Of a DNA stretch of 64,000 nt, positions 63,141 through 64,000 are shown in pieces (positions within the stretch are counted from its first letter, which is position 1; every line of letters begins with the position of its first letter). This DNA is from an uncultured Methylomirabilota bacterium (lineage in GTDB: Bacteria > Methylomirabilota > Methylomirabilia > Methylomirabilales > 2-02-FULL-66-22). The notes beneath the pieces were generated by a model. That model worked only from the letters and a program-made list of their open reading frames with translations, had not been told where the DNA came from and did no database searches. The translations under genes and the position numbers were made by a program. The stretch covers positions 3,872,001 to 3,936,000 of the forward strand of contig OY970067.1 of assembly GCA_963705305.1 (NCBI GenBank), read 5' to 3'.

Positions 63141-63833
63141 ATGACCCAGGGGTCGCTGGATCAGGCGATCCGCATGCTGCAGGGCGTTCCGTTCTTCGCG
63201 GGACTTTCCAACCAGGAGATGGAGCCTTTGGCCTCCGCGTGCCGGCTGCGCTCCTATCGCCGGAGCGAGGTGATCTTCCACCGGGATGATCCCGCGGATA
63301 CCATGCACATCGTGCAGGGGGGGCAGGTCCGGATCGTCCTTCATTCCACGAAGGGGGACGAGATCGTCCTGGCGCTATTCCATCCCCGGGATTTCTTCGG
63401 CGAATTGTCCCTGCTGGATGGTCTGCCCCGGTCCGCCACCGCCGTTGCCATGGAGCCGACCGTGACCTTGACGCTGGGCCGGGCCGAGTTTCTTCACATC
63501 TTGGCCACCAGCCCTCGGATGACCCGGGAGGTGATCGATGCTCTGGCCGCCCGCCTGCGCCACACCAATATCCTGCTGGGCGATTCGATCTTCCTGGGGG
63601 TCGGGGCAAGGCTGGCCAAACGGCTGCTCGAACTGGCGGAGGCGCAGAAAGGGGCGCGCGATCAGGACGCGGTGCGGGTGACCCAGGCGGAGCTGGCCAC
63701 CCTGGTCGGCGCCAGCCGGGAGACGGTGAACAAGGAGCTGCGCGCACTGGAGGCGCGCGGCGCGGTCCGTCTGTCGCGAGGGAGAGTTCACATTCTGCAC
63801 CGGGAGAGCCTGCGACCTCCGGGCAACTGGTGA
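63141..63833 (+). CDS. Crp/Fnr family transcriptional regulator
   Basis: FFGELSLLDGLPRSATA cNMP-binding motif; TQAELATLVGASRETVNK HTH. Confidence 0.95.
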   Translation: MTQGSLDQAIRMLQGVPFFAGLSNQEMEPLASACRLRSYRRSEVIFHRDDPADTMHIVQGGQVRIVLHSTKGDEIVLALFHPRDFFGELSLLDGLPRSATAVAMEPTVTLTLGRAEFLHILATSPRMTREVIDALAARLRHTNILLGDSIFLGVGARLAKRLLELAEAQKGARDQDAVRVTQAELATLVGASRETVNKELRALEARGAVRLSRGRVHILHRESLRPPGNW

Positions 63834-63859
63834 GGGGTCGCACCGGGGCCCGGCGCGCC

Positions 63860-63953
63860 TTGACACCGCGCGAGTCGGTATGCTACAAGCTCTTCGGGAG
63901 GACGGCCGCAATGTGGAGAGGCCAGGTTGAGCATTCAATCTGGCCTTTTGTTT
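63860..63953 (+). promoter_or_regulatory. Promoter followed by a short leader ending in an intrinsic terminator
   Basis: TTGACA at 63860-63865. Hairpin AGGCCAGGTTGA-GCAT-TCAATCTGGCCT plus TTTGTTT at 63919-63953, before an ATG at 63973. Confidence 0.55.
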
Positions 63954-64000
63954 CTCCAGTGTCCGGGCGACGGATGAGCGAGGTGGGCGAAGTGGGGGGT

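Overview
High-GC bacterial chromosomal window. Gene content and order suggest a Methylomirabilota/NC10- or deltaproteobacteria-like lineage (inference only). I saw no tRNA, rRNA, CRISPR array or transposase. (1) 1-5.3 kb is a ubiquitin-like sulfur-carrier cluster: Rrf2 regulator, Ubl(GG)-E1/MoeB fusion, JAMM protease, ferritin-like protein and NIL protein, then a SAM-I riboswitch controlling a second NIL protein, a threonine-synthase-like PLP enzyme and a Ubl ending GG-R. It probably makes homocysteine on a carrier protein. (2) 5.5-28 kb holds accessory catabolism: FadR/GntR with a perfect operator palindrome, two TRAP transporters, DUF169, a URO-D/MtaA-like protein, a TPP enzyme, a Tat-signal formamidase-family protein, an M16 peptidase, hbd-etfB-(MITE)-etfA plus a membrane FeS oxidoreductase, and an M24 peptidase. 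(3) 28-58 kb is housekeeping: recA-pilT-recX-alaS, psd-pssA-leuA-asd-truA, leuS-lptE, rpsT, murJ, ilvBNC, miaA-aroA-cmk-plsC-rpsA-ihf, cyclase-HIT-DUF151. (4) 58-64 kb has a 2-hydroxyacid dehydrogenase, an RtcA-ArgA(GNAT) fusion, Zn-finger, GAF and Crp proteins. Six of eight single-base frameshifts fall at the same hexamer, GACGTC, most likely a basecalling footprint of a methylated motif rather than true pseudogenisation.
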